Assembly: GCA_009773755.1 (NCBI GenBank)
Contig: WSZJ01000004.1
Location: forward strand, 44,475 to 108,474
DNA: 64,000 nucleotides
DNA from: Planctomycetota bacterium
GTDB lineage: Bacteria; Planctomycetota; MHYJ01; WSZJ01
Direction: 5' to 3'
Shown: one piece after another, positions 46,901 to 54,579 of the stretch
How positions within the stretch are numbered: the first letter of the stretch is position 1
Layout: the number at the start of each line of letters is the position of its first letter
The notes under the pieces: generated by a model
What the model saw: only the letters and a program-made list of their open reading frames with translations
The model's database searches: none
Told to the model about the DNA's origin: nothing
Translations under genes and position numbers: made by a program

Positions 46901-46963
46901 GAGCGAAGCGGCCTCGGGCCCGCGCCAGCCGCGCAAATAGGAGATGAGGGACTGTTGCGACAT
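43952..46963 (-). CDS. Large (1003 aa) hypothetical protein: helical-repeat N-terminal two-thirds, coiled-coil/KE-rich linker, conserved-looking C-terminal globular domain
   Basis: ORF 43952..47590 trimmed to the Met at 46963 (MSQQSLISYLRGW); the part upstream is antisense to hrpB. Normal composition throughout. KE-rich linker GKKGKEEEKEEEKEKPD. C-terminus ..FEILFMGEYGFASCLALRGSNAWSAVSNAVDIDKVIIWAKEPGG... No family recognised. Confidence 0.7.
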   Translation of the reverse strand: MSQQSLISYLRGWRGPEAASLDEYLEKAGQQAWNQLCDTARSSPGQFDGEVVSWLVANAVRSPGSVVASLLQVARQDFGRRAALSEAAREVIARNAGQGLGAAGYHLHECHPVIDDQWLSVARAWFDADPEGAWGIVEAAAMYEPEFLLPVHVDWFEAKRAAAPVDYFVTMLSLAGHRPAEASHLLERVLRHFDEHPAAAVEGASRAARDTAPLLVPRLIDAVLRHMSANAEKGWEFFDGAARARPDAFDDALLDRLDAAAKEEAGTLFSILRRIMDAHVVRLPRIMDRYVALLRRHPEKGIDAVRYAFQRDEIRLIRPDLVRAVCEGFAANARGAFELLHRCLLDRPELIGRTEVDAAIQNISHDTTADFHFFRELLKMRPEFTPEGTLALFEVIAATPARHGHARAEEIASVMAISEAAHIRTGLENALREPPRVGKRRARALMAIMFRQKLRARRHVLLEALRYAGGIVLWRKIPPASPGGKEESEKFSPVWDFVMFIIDNSGDDAISTAAAERFLEGAFQLSYLCRTGAEHDQFLRRLDTGYPPTHPFPAVAGFLDADPEISRLFSIVIELGSHFRVQPRIAPLDGFASRLQDAEIELRAIDDMLEKAEKGRREKLLERQKTLNKQVAIWINPAYAVALSDPEAEKRLSGPAQALLRREKKDLVKHLRDALRAEAIRIAVASVEKSRLELYQNRLREVLGHDVDIATVEPRILPSFLWFQAIGGMPKNTKCLKRLIEDRIAGRGHEWLRTEPAVLEWAEKVKKGQPGAMVDRWRAAFTKEYQYRPKDALAEKKRRIKADLSQARQILERAGAKGIAAETYDELAGKLAELQAPGKKGKEEEKEEEKEKPDPALLQEAEMNLERVRLAEQTPDSDFEGRITLSVETDPFEILFMGEYGFASCLALRGSNAWSAVSNAVDIDKVIIWAKEPGGNVVGRRLIVLTPGGLLTFRTYTNRHGLALDRAFEEFVTEYAAHCGVGVTHNGNPGPLLSDRWYDDGAI

Positions 46964-46990
46964 CGGGTGAGATGATACCCGCGGTCCGCG

Positions 46991-49519
46991 GTGACGCTTC
47001 CCCTCCCCATTCTCGAGATTGAATCTTCGCTGATCGCGCGCCTGCGCGAGACTCGGCGCGTCGTCGTGTCGGCCCCGACGGGCTCCGGCAAGTCGACGCA
47101 GGTGCCGAGAATGCTGCTGCGAAGCGGCCTGCTGGGGAACGGGCAGGCGGTCGTCCTTCAGCCGCGGCGGATCGCCGCGCGGATGCTCGCGGCGCGCGTG
47201 GCGGAGGAAGAAGGTTGCACGCTCGGGCGCGAGGTCGGCTACCAGGTGCGGCTCGAGAACGCGAGCGGGCCGGCGACGCGGATCCGGTACGTGACGGAGG
47301 GGATCCTGCTGCGGCAGATGGTCGGCGACGCACGGCTCGCTGGCGTCACTGCGATCGTGTTCGACGAATTCCACGAGCGGCACCTCGAAGGGGATGTTGC
47401 CCTCGCCCGGGCTCTCGACCTGCAGGAGAGCGGCCGGCCCGACCTGCTGATCGTCGTGATGTCCGCGACGCTCGATGGCGAAAAGCTGGAGTCTTATCTG
47501 AAGCCCTGCGCGCATGTTTCCACCGAGGGGCAGATGTTCCCCGTGCGCATCGAGTACGCGCCGCCGGCGACGGCCGACGCTCCCGTTCACGAAGCCGCCG
47601 CCGACGCCGTCGCTACCTGGATCCGCGGCGGCTACGACGGCGACGCCCTCGTCTTCATGCCCGGAGCCTGGGACATTGCCCGCACCCTCGAATTACTCAA
47701 GTCCCGTCCAGAAACCCGCGACGCCGCGCTTCTCCCCCTTCACGGCGAACTCCCCCCGCGCGAACAGGACGCCGCCGTCGCCCGCGCCGACCGCCGCAAG
47801 ATCGTCGTCGCCACCAACGTCGCCGAAACTTCCCTCACCATCGACGGCGTCCGCCTCGTCGTCGACTCCGGCCTCGCCCGCCTCCCACGCCACGACCCGC
47901 GCCGCGGACTCAATACCCTCTTCATCGAGCCCATCTCCCGCGCTTCCGCCGACCAGCGCGCCGGCCGCGCCGGACGCACCGCGCCGGGCACGTGCGTGCG
48001 GCTGTGGAGCGAAGCGGAGCACAAGAAGCGCCCCGCGCGCGAAGAGCCGGAGGTCAAACGCCTGGAGCTTGCGGAAGCGGCGCTGGCGCTGAAAGCGGGG
48101 GGCGTAAAGGAACTGCGGAAGTTCCGGTGGCTCGACGCGCCGGAAGAGAAGGCGCTCGTGCACGCCGAAAACCTGCTCGAGGACCTCGGCGCACTCGACG
48201 GCGAGCAGGAGATCACAGCGCTCGGCCGCCGGCTTCTCGCGTTTCCGGTCCACCCGCGATGGGCCCGCATGCTGCTCGCCGCCGGCGATCTGAAGTGCGT
48301 CCGACTCGCTTGCCTCGTCGCTGCGATCATGCAGGGGCGCGACCTGCTCGTCCGCTCCGCCGACTCAATGGCCGTCGAGTTCCGCAAGGACGTCATCGGC
48401 GATCGCGACACCTCCGACCTCTGGATCCTCGTCCGTGCGTGGGAATTCGCGGCCGACAACGCCTTCCGCTTTGAGGCCTGCCACCGCGCGGGCATCCACG
48501 CGCAGGCCGCCCGCCAGGTCGGCCCCGCCCTCGAGCAATTCCTGCGCATCGCGAAGAAAGAGGGGCTCGACGCCGAGGATCGCGACGTCCCTGAGGAATC
48601 CCTCCGCCGCTGCGTCCTGGCAGGCTTCCCCGACCGCGTCGCCCGCCGTTTCGACGCCGCGACCCTCCGCTGCGAAGTCGTCCACGGCCGCCGCGGCCTC
48701 CTCGCCCGCGAAAGCGCCGTCCGCCGAGCCACGCTCTTCGTCGCCGGGGAAATACGCGAGGTTGAGGGACGCGGCCGGGAGGACAAGACCCTCCTCGGGC
48801 TCGCGACCGCGATCGAGCCGGAGTGGCTGGAAGAGCTGCTCCCGTTCGACCTGACCCGGAAGGTAATAGTGGGATTCGACGCGGAAGCGAAGCGCGTCAC
48901 CGCCGAGGAAGTCACGCGCTTCCGCGACCTCGCGATCGGCAAGCGCGCCGCAGAGCCGCCCGCTGATGAAGCGGCGAAGCGATTCGCCGACGAAGTCCTT
49001 GCGGGGCGGCTGCAATTTCGTGAATGGGACGCGGCAGTGGACCAGTGGCTGCTGCGAGTCGGTTTTCTCGCGAAGACATGCCCCGAACTGGGGTTGAACG
49101 CCCCGGACGAAACGAGTCGTCGCGCAGCAGTCGAACGGCTTTGCGCGGGTTCAACAACGTGGAAAGAACTGCGCGACCGGCCTGTGATGCGCGAATTCCG
49201 CGCGCTCGTCGAGCCGGCGCTGCAATCCCAGGTCGAAAGGCACGCCCCGGAGCGCCTCGAGCTCTCCAACGGCAAGAAGCCGAAGCTCGTCTACGCCGCC
49301 GACGCGCCGCCGCACATTGCGCTTCGCATCCAGGAGCTCTTCGGAGTTGCCCGCATCCCAGCGATCGCCATGGGCCGGGTCGTCCCGGCGCTTCAGATTC
49401 TCGCCCCGAACAACCGCCCCGTGCAGGTCACGCAGGACCTCGCTCGTTTCTGGAGCGAGCACTACCCGAAGGTGAAAAAGGAGATGCAGAGAAAGTATCC
49501 GAAGCACGAGTGGCGATAA
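46991..49519 (+). CDS. hrpB: ATP-dependent RNA helicase HrpB (DEAH-box)
   Basis: GTG start. ..VVVSAPTGSGKSTQVP.., ..IVFDEFHER.., ..VMSATL.., ..VVATNVAETSLTIDGV.. and ..QRAGRAGR... The C-terminal HrpB-specific domain is present. 842 aa. Confidence 0.93.
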   Translation: MTLPLPILEIESSLIARLRETRRVVVSAPTGSGKSTQVPRMLLRSGLLGNGQAVVLQPRRIAARMLAARVAEEEGCTLGREVGYQVRLENASGPATRIRYVTEGILLRQMVGDARLAGVTAIVFDEFHERHLEGDVALARALDLQESGRPDLLIVVMSATLDGEKLESYLKPCAHVSTEGQMFPVRIEYAPPATADAPVHEAAADAVATWIRGGYDGDALVFMPGAWDIARTLELLKSRPETRDAALLPLHGELPPREQDAAVARADRRKIVVATNVAETSLTIDGVRLVVDSGLARLPRHDPRRGLNTLFIEPISRASADQRAGRAGRTAPGTCVRLWSEAEHKKRPAREEPEVKRLELAEAALALKAGGVKELRKFRWLDAPEEKALVHAENLLEDLGALDGEQEITALGRRLLAFPVHPRWARMLLAAGDLKCVRLACLVAAIMQGRDLLVRSADSMAVEFRKDVIGDRDTSDLWILVRAWEFAADNAFRFEACHRAGIHAQAARQVGPALEQFLRIAKKEGLDAEDRDVPEESLRRCVLAGFPDRVARRFDAATLRCEVVHGRRGLLARESAVRRATLFVAGEIREVEGRGREDKTLLGLATAIEPEWLEELLPFDLTRKVIVGFDAEAKRVTAEEVTRFRDLAIGKRAAEPPADEAAKRFADEVLAGRLQFREWDAAVDQWLLRVGFLAKTCPELGLNAPDETSRRAAVERLCAGSTTWKELRDRPVMREFRALVEPALQSQVERHAPERLELSNGKKPKLVYAADAPPHIALRIQELFGVARIPAIAMGRVVPALQILAPNNRPVQVTQDLARFWSEHYPKVKKEMQRKYPKHEWR

Positions 49520-49538
49520 ACTCAGACCGCTACTGTTG

Positions 49539-50033
49539 CTAGGGCGACTGAAGCGATTTCCAGAGTTCCAACACCTGGTGCGGGACGAGCGAGGCTAATC
49601 GCGCGGACCGTGCGCGCTCACCGGCGAGTTCTGAAGCAAGCCGCCCCTCCTCGGTCAAGCGCGTGATTTCCTTAGAGCGTGCTTCCTGCTTCTTCCCCTG
49701 CTCAACTCCGAATTCCTTCATTTCTTCTTCGATGGCGCGCCCGCGCGCCTCGAGCTTTTTCATGCCGTCGGGGTTGGCCGCAGCCCGGAGCGCGGGATCG
49801 GCGCCAGTTTCCAAGGCAACTTGATGGGTCTGCTCCGCTTCGCGCTTCGCCTTCTCGATCGCTCCTGGCTCAACAGAGCGCGGATTTGAGACAGCGTCGC
49901 CGATCTGTTTGACGGCCAGCGCTTTCGCGTGCTCCAGCGCCAGCGGCATTGCTTCCTGCGGACTTACTCCCTCCGCCGTCAACCGGCGGAATTCGTTTTC
50001 CAACCAATTTCCGAAGTCCTCGCGGGATTCCAT
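49539..50033 (-). CDS. Hypothetical helical protein
   Basis: ATG 50033 with GGAGG 5 nt upstream. Charged helical 164-aa product (MESREDFGNWLENEFRRLTAEGVSPQEAM..). No family recognised. Confidence 0.55.
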   Translation of the reverse strand: MESREDFGNWLENEFRRLTAEGVSPQEAMPLALEHAKALAVKQIGDAVSNPRSVEPGAIEKAKREAEQTHQVALETGADPALRAAANPDGMKKLEARGRAIEEEMKEFGVEQGKKQEARSKEITRLTEEGRLASELAGERARSARLASLVPHQVLELWKSLQSP

Positions 50034-50107
50034 CCATACCTCCGGTCAGGATCACTCTTTGGCCGCGGACTCTGGCCCCCCGGCACAGTGGCCCTTCAAT
50101 CTCTCGA

Positions 50108-51931
50108 CTACCTGAGCTTCTCCAGCTGCTCTCGTGCACGGGGCGCGGAAGAGGAGCCGGGAAATCTCTCTACGACTTCTTTGAATGCCGCGCGAGCCTC
50201 TTCCGTCTGCCCGGCGGCCAGGTGGAACTCACCCAGGTAGAACAGGTCCTGCGCCTCGCGCTCCGGCACGGGGATCTTCATGAACCGCTCGCGCGCGGGA
50301 ATAGACCCGACCATGGGCTGCCGGTCGGGGCCGATCGGCGGCCAGGGAAGCTTGCCGAAGAATGCCGGTTTCGCGGGGAGGTAGAGCGAATCGGGGAGCT
50401 TGCGCTCCTTGATGGCCGGATCCCACTGCGTCTGCCGGCTCACATGGTCGAAATTGCCGTGGCGCAGAAGCGTCTTTTTCACTTCCGGATCGTCGGGATG
50501 ACCGAAGCTCCACACCAGCGGCGTCGTGAAGTCTGACCGCCCGTCGCTTTCGGCCTGCCCCTTCATGCCTTCGTGCCCGAGCACATTTCCCAACGCATTG
50601 TTGAAACGGCTGAACTTGTCGAGGCGGAACCCGACGATGTTCCGCGTCATCTGCTGGCCGTCCAGGCGCGGGTTCCGCATGTCGGCGGCGTTGCGGAAGA
50701 GCGTGTTGTGGCTCGAGGAGCCCCAGTAAAAATCGAAGCAGAGGGTGCCGACCTGATTGCCTTCGAAGAGGTTCAGAAACGGGTGCGCGGCGTGCTGGGA
50801 GAGGTCAGAGTGCGCCCAGTCGGTTTTCGGGTAGTCGCGTCCCCAGGTCTGGAAGGAGAAGTTGTAGGCGATGACGTTTCCCGGTCCGCTGCACGAGACC
50901 TGCGGGCCGGTGTTCAAATGGTAGCAGGTGTTGTTCTCGACGAGCGTGTCGGTGCTCTGCGCCGTGAGGAGCACCCCGTACCCGTGCCCCGAGCCGTACG
51001 CGTGGGCGTGATGAAAGTAGCCGTCCCGGATTTCGCAGCCGAGCGATTTCTTGAGCGTGACGTGACCGTCGAACCAGCACCGGCTCGATTCGATGTTCTT
51101 CACCCAGCAGTGGATCGTGTTCCACAACTTGATGGAGGAACTCTGGTCGGTGCGGCGCTTCGTGAGCTCGAGATACAGGTCCTCAACGCCCGCCCGGCGG
51201 ATGATCTTGTCGGAAGTGCGGACGGCCTGCGGTTCGAGCGCGTCCTTGAACGTGATGGCCAGCGGCCGGCTGATCGTGAGCGTGTTTCCGTCCTTCTTCA
51301 CAAGCTCGACCAGTTGCCCCATCGCACGCTTTCCGTCTTCCCGCCCGGCCCACCGGCACAGGCCGCCCTCGCCCTGGATGCTGACGAGATCCGGATCGTT
51401 GAGCTGGTCCACCAGCAGCAGATCTCCGGCCCGGAAGCGCGCGGCGTCCTCAACGGTGATGGACATCGACCCCTTCACGGCGCCCTTGAGGACCTTCGTG
51501 GCGAATTCGTTGTCGTAGTTGCAGAGCGAAATCGCGTGTCCCGAAGCGGCCTCGTTGAAGAGGCGCGTTTTCTCCGGCCCTTCGCCGCGCAAGACCACGC
51601 CCTTCGCGATCGTCAGCTGCGCCGTCAACCGGTACGCCCCCGCGGGAACGAGGACGGCCTTCCCCTCAGGGCAGTCGTCCAGCGCCTTCTGGATCGCCGC
51701 CGTGTCGTCGGCCTTCCCGTCGCCCTTCGCGTTGTAAGGCGCGGCCTTGACGTTCGCGAAGGCGGGGTAGACGGGAATTCCGCCGGGAATCCCCGGATTC
51801 CAGTCCATGCGGCGGTCCTCGGGAATGAGGGAAGCGGCGCGGGCCTGAGCGCTTGCGAAACCGGGGGCAAGCAGGAAGAGAAGTGCCGCGAGCGTTCGAG
51901 CTCGCCCGGCCCAGCCCAGGTTCTGATTCAT
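50108..51931 (-). CDS. Secreted right-handed beta-helix protein (Pectate_lyase_3 / glycoside-hydrolase-28-like) with C-terminal TPR-like tail
   Basis: ORF 50108..53047 trimmed to the Met at 51931, which shares ATGA with the upstream stop. Signal peptide ..TLAALLFLLAPGFASAQA. YNAKGDGKADDTAAIQKALDDC is a typical Pectate_lyase_3 start. Repeated beta-helix turns follow. Confidence 0.75.
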   Translation of the reverse strand: MNQNLGWAGRARTLAALLFLLAPGFASAQARAASLIPEDRRMDWNPGIPGGIPVYPAFANVKAAPYNAKGDGKADDTAAIQKALDDCPEGKAVLVPAGAYRLTAQLTIAKGVVLRGEGPEKTRLFNEAASGHAISLCNYDNEFATKVLKGAVKGSMSITVEDAARFRAGDLLLVDQLNDPDLVSIQGEGGLCRWAGREDGKRAMGQLVELVKKDGNTLTISRPLAITFKDALEPQAVRTSDKIIRRAGVEDLYLELTKRRTDQSSSIKLWNTIHCWVKNIESSRCWFDGHVTLKKSLGCEIRDGYFHHAHAYGSGHGYGVLLTAQSTDTLVENNTCYHLNTGPQVSCSGPGNVIAYNFSFQTWGRDYPKTDWAHSDLSQHAAHPFLNLFEGNQVGTLCFDFYWGSSSHNTLFRNAADMRNPRLDGQQMTRNIVGFRLDKFSRFNNALGNVLGHEGMKGQAESDGRSDFTTPLVWSFGHPDDPEVKKTLLRHGNFDHVSRQTQWDPAIKERKLPDSLYLPAKPAFFGKLPWPPIGPDRQPMVGSIPARERFMKIPVPEREAQDLFYLGEFHLAAGQTEEARAAFKEVVERFPGSSSAPRAREQLEKLR

Positions 51932-53238
51932 CCGTTCGAGCTCCTGTCCTCTTCGGTATCGACCGGCAGATACTTCACATCCTCTCCTTCCATCGTGGCG
52001 ACGGCTACGGCCGCGACCCCATCTCCGACGACGTTGACGACGGTGCGCATCATGTCGAGGGGGCGGTCGACCGCCCAGATGAGGGCGATGCCGGTGAGCG
52101 GGATGCCGAGCGGCTCGAGGATGATGACGAGCATCGCGATCCCGGCGGCGGGGACGGGCGCGGTCCCGACGGCCGCAAGCATCGCGGTGAGAATGACGCC
52201 GATCTGCTGCATGACCGTCAGGTCGATCGCGTAGAGCTGCGCGATGAAGACCGTCGCGACCGTCTGCATGATCGCCGTGCCGTCCATGTTCACCGTCGTG
52301 CCGATCGGCAGCACGAAACTCGTCACGCTCGTTGACACGTTGAGCCGTTTGTTCACGCACTCCATGTTGACCGGGAGCGAAGCGGCGCTGGAGGAGGTCG
52401 AGAACGCCGTGACGAGCGCCGGGCGGCAGGCGCGGATGAAATCGACGAAGCGCAGGCGCGTGAAGAGCCGGATGACGCCGCCGTAGACGACGAAGAACTG
52501 GATGAGCAGCCCGAGCACGACGACGAGGCAATAGAGCGCCATCGCCTTCACGATGGTGATGCCGATCGACGCGGTCGCGACGGCGATAAGGCAGAAGACG
52601 CCGACCGGCGCCGTGAACATCACGACCTGGATCATGCGGACCATGACCAGGCTCAGCGACTCGAACGTGTACGACAGGTGCTCGCGCCGCTTCGCCTCGA
52701 TCATCGCCGCGCACAGGCCGAAGAGCAGCGCGAAGAAGATCACAGGGAGCATCTGCGAGTTGCTGGCCAGCACCGAGAACACATTGTTCGGAACGATCCC
52801 CCGGACGAACGTCCACGGCGTGTGCTCGGTCGTCTTGATCTTGCCGACGATTTCCTTCTGCTTCGCCTCGTGCTCCTTCGCGATGCGGTCGCGGGTCTCC
52901 TTTGGGATCGCCCGGCCCGGCTTGACCGCGTTGACGAGCAGAATGGCCACGATGCAGGCGAGCGCTGCCGTGATGAGGTAGAGCACCAGCGTGCGGCCCG
53001 CAACCCGGCCGAGCTTGCGCAGGTCGCCGATCGACATCATCCCGCAAATGAGCGAGACGAAGACGAGCGGCACGATGACCATGAAGATCAGGCTCTTGAA
53101 GAGGTCGCCGCCGAGCTTGAGAAGCTCAAGGAGAATGCCGGATTCGAGCAGCTTCGCGCTCCCTGCGATCCACCCGAAGATGACGCCGAGCGCCAGGGAG
53201 AGAAGGATGACGTTGGGCAGGCTGAGGAAGCGGCGCAC
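51928..53238 (-). CDS. Dicarboxylate/amino acid:cation symporter (DAACS family)
   Basis: GTG start at 53238. About 8 TM segments plus re-entrant hairpins. ..AFSTSSSAASLPV.. and ..GTTVNMDGTAI.. are DAACS signature regions. Confidence 0.88.
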   Translation of the reverse strand: MRRFLSLPNVILLSLALGVIFGWIAGSAKLLESGILLELLKLGGDLFKSLIFMVIVPLVFVSLICGMMSIGDLRKLGRVAGRTLVLYLITAALACIVAILLVNAVKPGRAIPKETRDRIAKEHEAKQKEIVGKIKTTEHTPWTFVRGIVPNNVFSVLASNSQMLPVIFFALLFGLCAAMIEAKRREHLSYTFESLSLVMVRMIQVVMFTAPVGVFCLIAVATASIGITIVKAMALYCLVVVLGLLIQFFVVYGGVIRLFTRLRFVDFIRACRPALVTAFSTSSSAASLPVNMECVNKRLNVSTSVTSFVLPIGTTVNMDGTAIMQTVATVFIAQLYAIDLTVMQQIGVILTAMLAAVGTAPVPAAGIAMLVIILEPLGIPLTGIALIWAVDRPLDMMRTVVNVVGDGVAAVAVATMEGEDVKYLPVDTEEDRSSNG

Positions 53239-54521
53239 TACTTGTCCTTCGGCGGAGCGTCGACTTCCACCGTGACACGCGCGTGGAAAACGAGCTTCCC
53301 ATCGCGAAACCGCCGCGCTTCTTCCAGCACGGTCCGCGCGTCGGCCACCACCGTCCCCTCGAACGACGGATTCCCGTTCGTCTCGATGACGACGGGCTTC
53401 GCGAAATCCACCATCCCCGGCGCGAGCAGAACCGTGTACTTCGTGATCCCGTTCGTCCGCACCGAAATCCGGTTGCCGTCGCGCGTCGCTTCGATCCGCG
53501 GCAGACCCGCTCGCAAGAGCCCCTTCGACGCGTCCTCAAACGCGTGCTGGCTCTTCGACGTCCCCGCATCCTCGATCCGGATCCATCGGAACGTGTTCGC
53601 CGGGAACTTTACGGCCGTCTCACCTTCATCAAGGTCTACGGTCCAATGCACGGTTTTCGGGAAGGGCTCCCGCGTGTGGGCGGCGAGGAACTTGCGGACG
53701 GCGTCGCCCTGCTCGAGGAAGAGGCGCGGGTCGTGGCCTTTGCCGGCGATCTCGACAAACGTGATGTCGATCCCGGAGGCTTTCATGCCTTCGACGTCCT
53801 TGCGAACTTCGGCGATGGTGAAGAGCCCGTCCTTCTCGCCGTTGATGGCGAGCAGGGAGAGGTTGCGGAGATTGTTGAAGCGCGTGACGCCTCCGGGCGA
53901 GCCGATGACGGGAACGGCGCACGCGAAGGTCCCTGCGAGCGTTTCGAGAATCGCATAGGTTCCGCGGCCCCCGTCCGAGTCGCCGCAGAGGAAGACGCGG
54001 TCGTCGTCGACGCGGAAATTGCGCTTCACGTAGTCGACCGCGTGTCGGACGAGCGCGCGATTCGCGGGCTCGCCCCACTCGACTTTGCTGTGGGTCGAGG
54101 GTCCGACCATGATGGGGCCGAGTTCCTCGACGGCCGCGCCGAATGTCTTTGATTCGTGATGTCCGCCGCCCGGCGGGGGCTGGCTGATGGCGCCGTGAAG
54201 CCACACGACTACGGGGACCGCCTTGTTCGGCGCGTATTTCTTCGGCAGGTAGTACGTAAATTCGCGCGAGACCCCGTCCGGGCATGCGAACGTGAGCGTC
54301 TGTGAATCCTTGAGCCCGGTCGCGTAGAGCCGCTTCTTGCCGATGGTGTCGGCGATGCGAACGGCGTCCTTCGCGGTCAGGGTTTTTTTGAGGAGCTTCT
54401 CGAGCAGAAGCGCCGCCTTCGCTTCGTCCGGCTCGTCGACGTAGTCGATCTCGGGCGGCTGCGGGCCGGCGAGGGCGAGGAGCGGCAAGAGAAGGGCGAT
54501 CAGCGACCACGTGCGTTTCAA
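53238..54521 (-). CDS. Secreted alpha/beta hydrolase (esterase/peptidase-like) with C-terminal beta-rich domain
   Basis: There is no ATG before the signal peptide. TTG at 54521 has GGAGG 6 nt upstream and gives LKRTWSLIALLLPLLALAG. ..VVVWLHGA.. and ..VFLCGDSDGGRGT.. (GxSxG-like elbow). The stop overlaps the symporter start by 1 nt. Confidence 0.7.
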   Translation of the reverse strand: MKRTWSLIALLLPLLALAGPQPPEIDYVDEPDEAKAALLLEKLLKKTLTAKDAVRIADTIGKKRLYATGLKDSQTLTFACPDGVSREFTYYLPKKYAPNKAVPVVVWLHGAISQPPPGGGHHESKTFGAAVEELGPIMVGPSTHSKVEWGEPANRALVRHAVDYVKRNFRVDDDRVFLCGDSDGGRGTYAILETLAGTFACAVPVIGSPGGVTRFNNLRNLSLLAINGEKDGLFTIAEVRKDVEGMKASGIDITFVEIAGKGHDPRLFLEQGDAVRKFLAAHTREPFPKTVHWTVDLDEGETAVKFPANTFRWIRIEDAGTSKSQHAFEDASKGLLRAGLPRIEATRDGNRISVRTNGITKYTVLLAPGMVDFAKPVVIETNGNPSFEGTVVADARTVLEEARRFRDGKLVFHARVTVEVDAPPKDK

Positions 54522-54579
54522 GGAGTGCCTCCGATCCGTGCCCGGCTCATCGGTTCCGCAACGACACCATGCGATCTCG

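Noticed and set aside
46964-47590. N-terminal extension of ORF 43952..47590 (1212 aa), and the 988-aa plus-strand ORF 44009..46975
   Set aside because: The extension is antisense to the hrpB helicase motifs. The 44009 ORF is antisense to the 1003-aa protein and is Arg/Pro/Leu-rich.
51932-53047. N-terminal extension of ORF 50108..53047 (979 aa)
   Set aside because: The extension is out of frame over the DAACS symporter gene and is Arg/Asp/His-rich junk. The true start is Met 51931, which gives a signal peptide.
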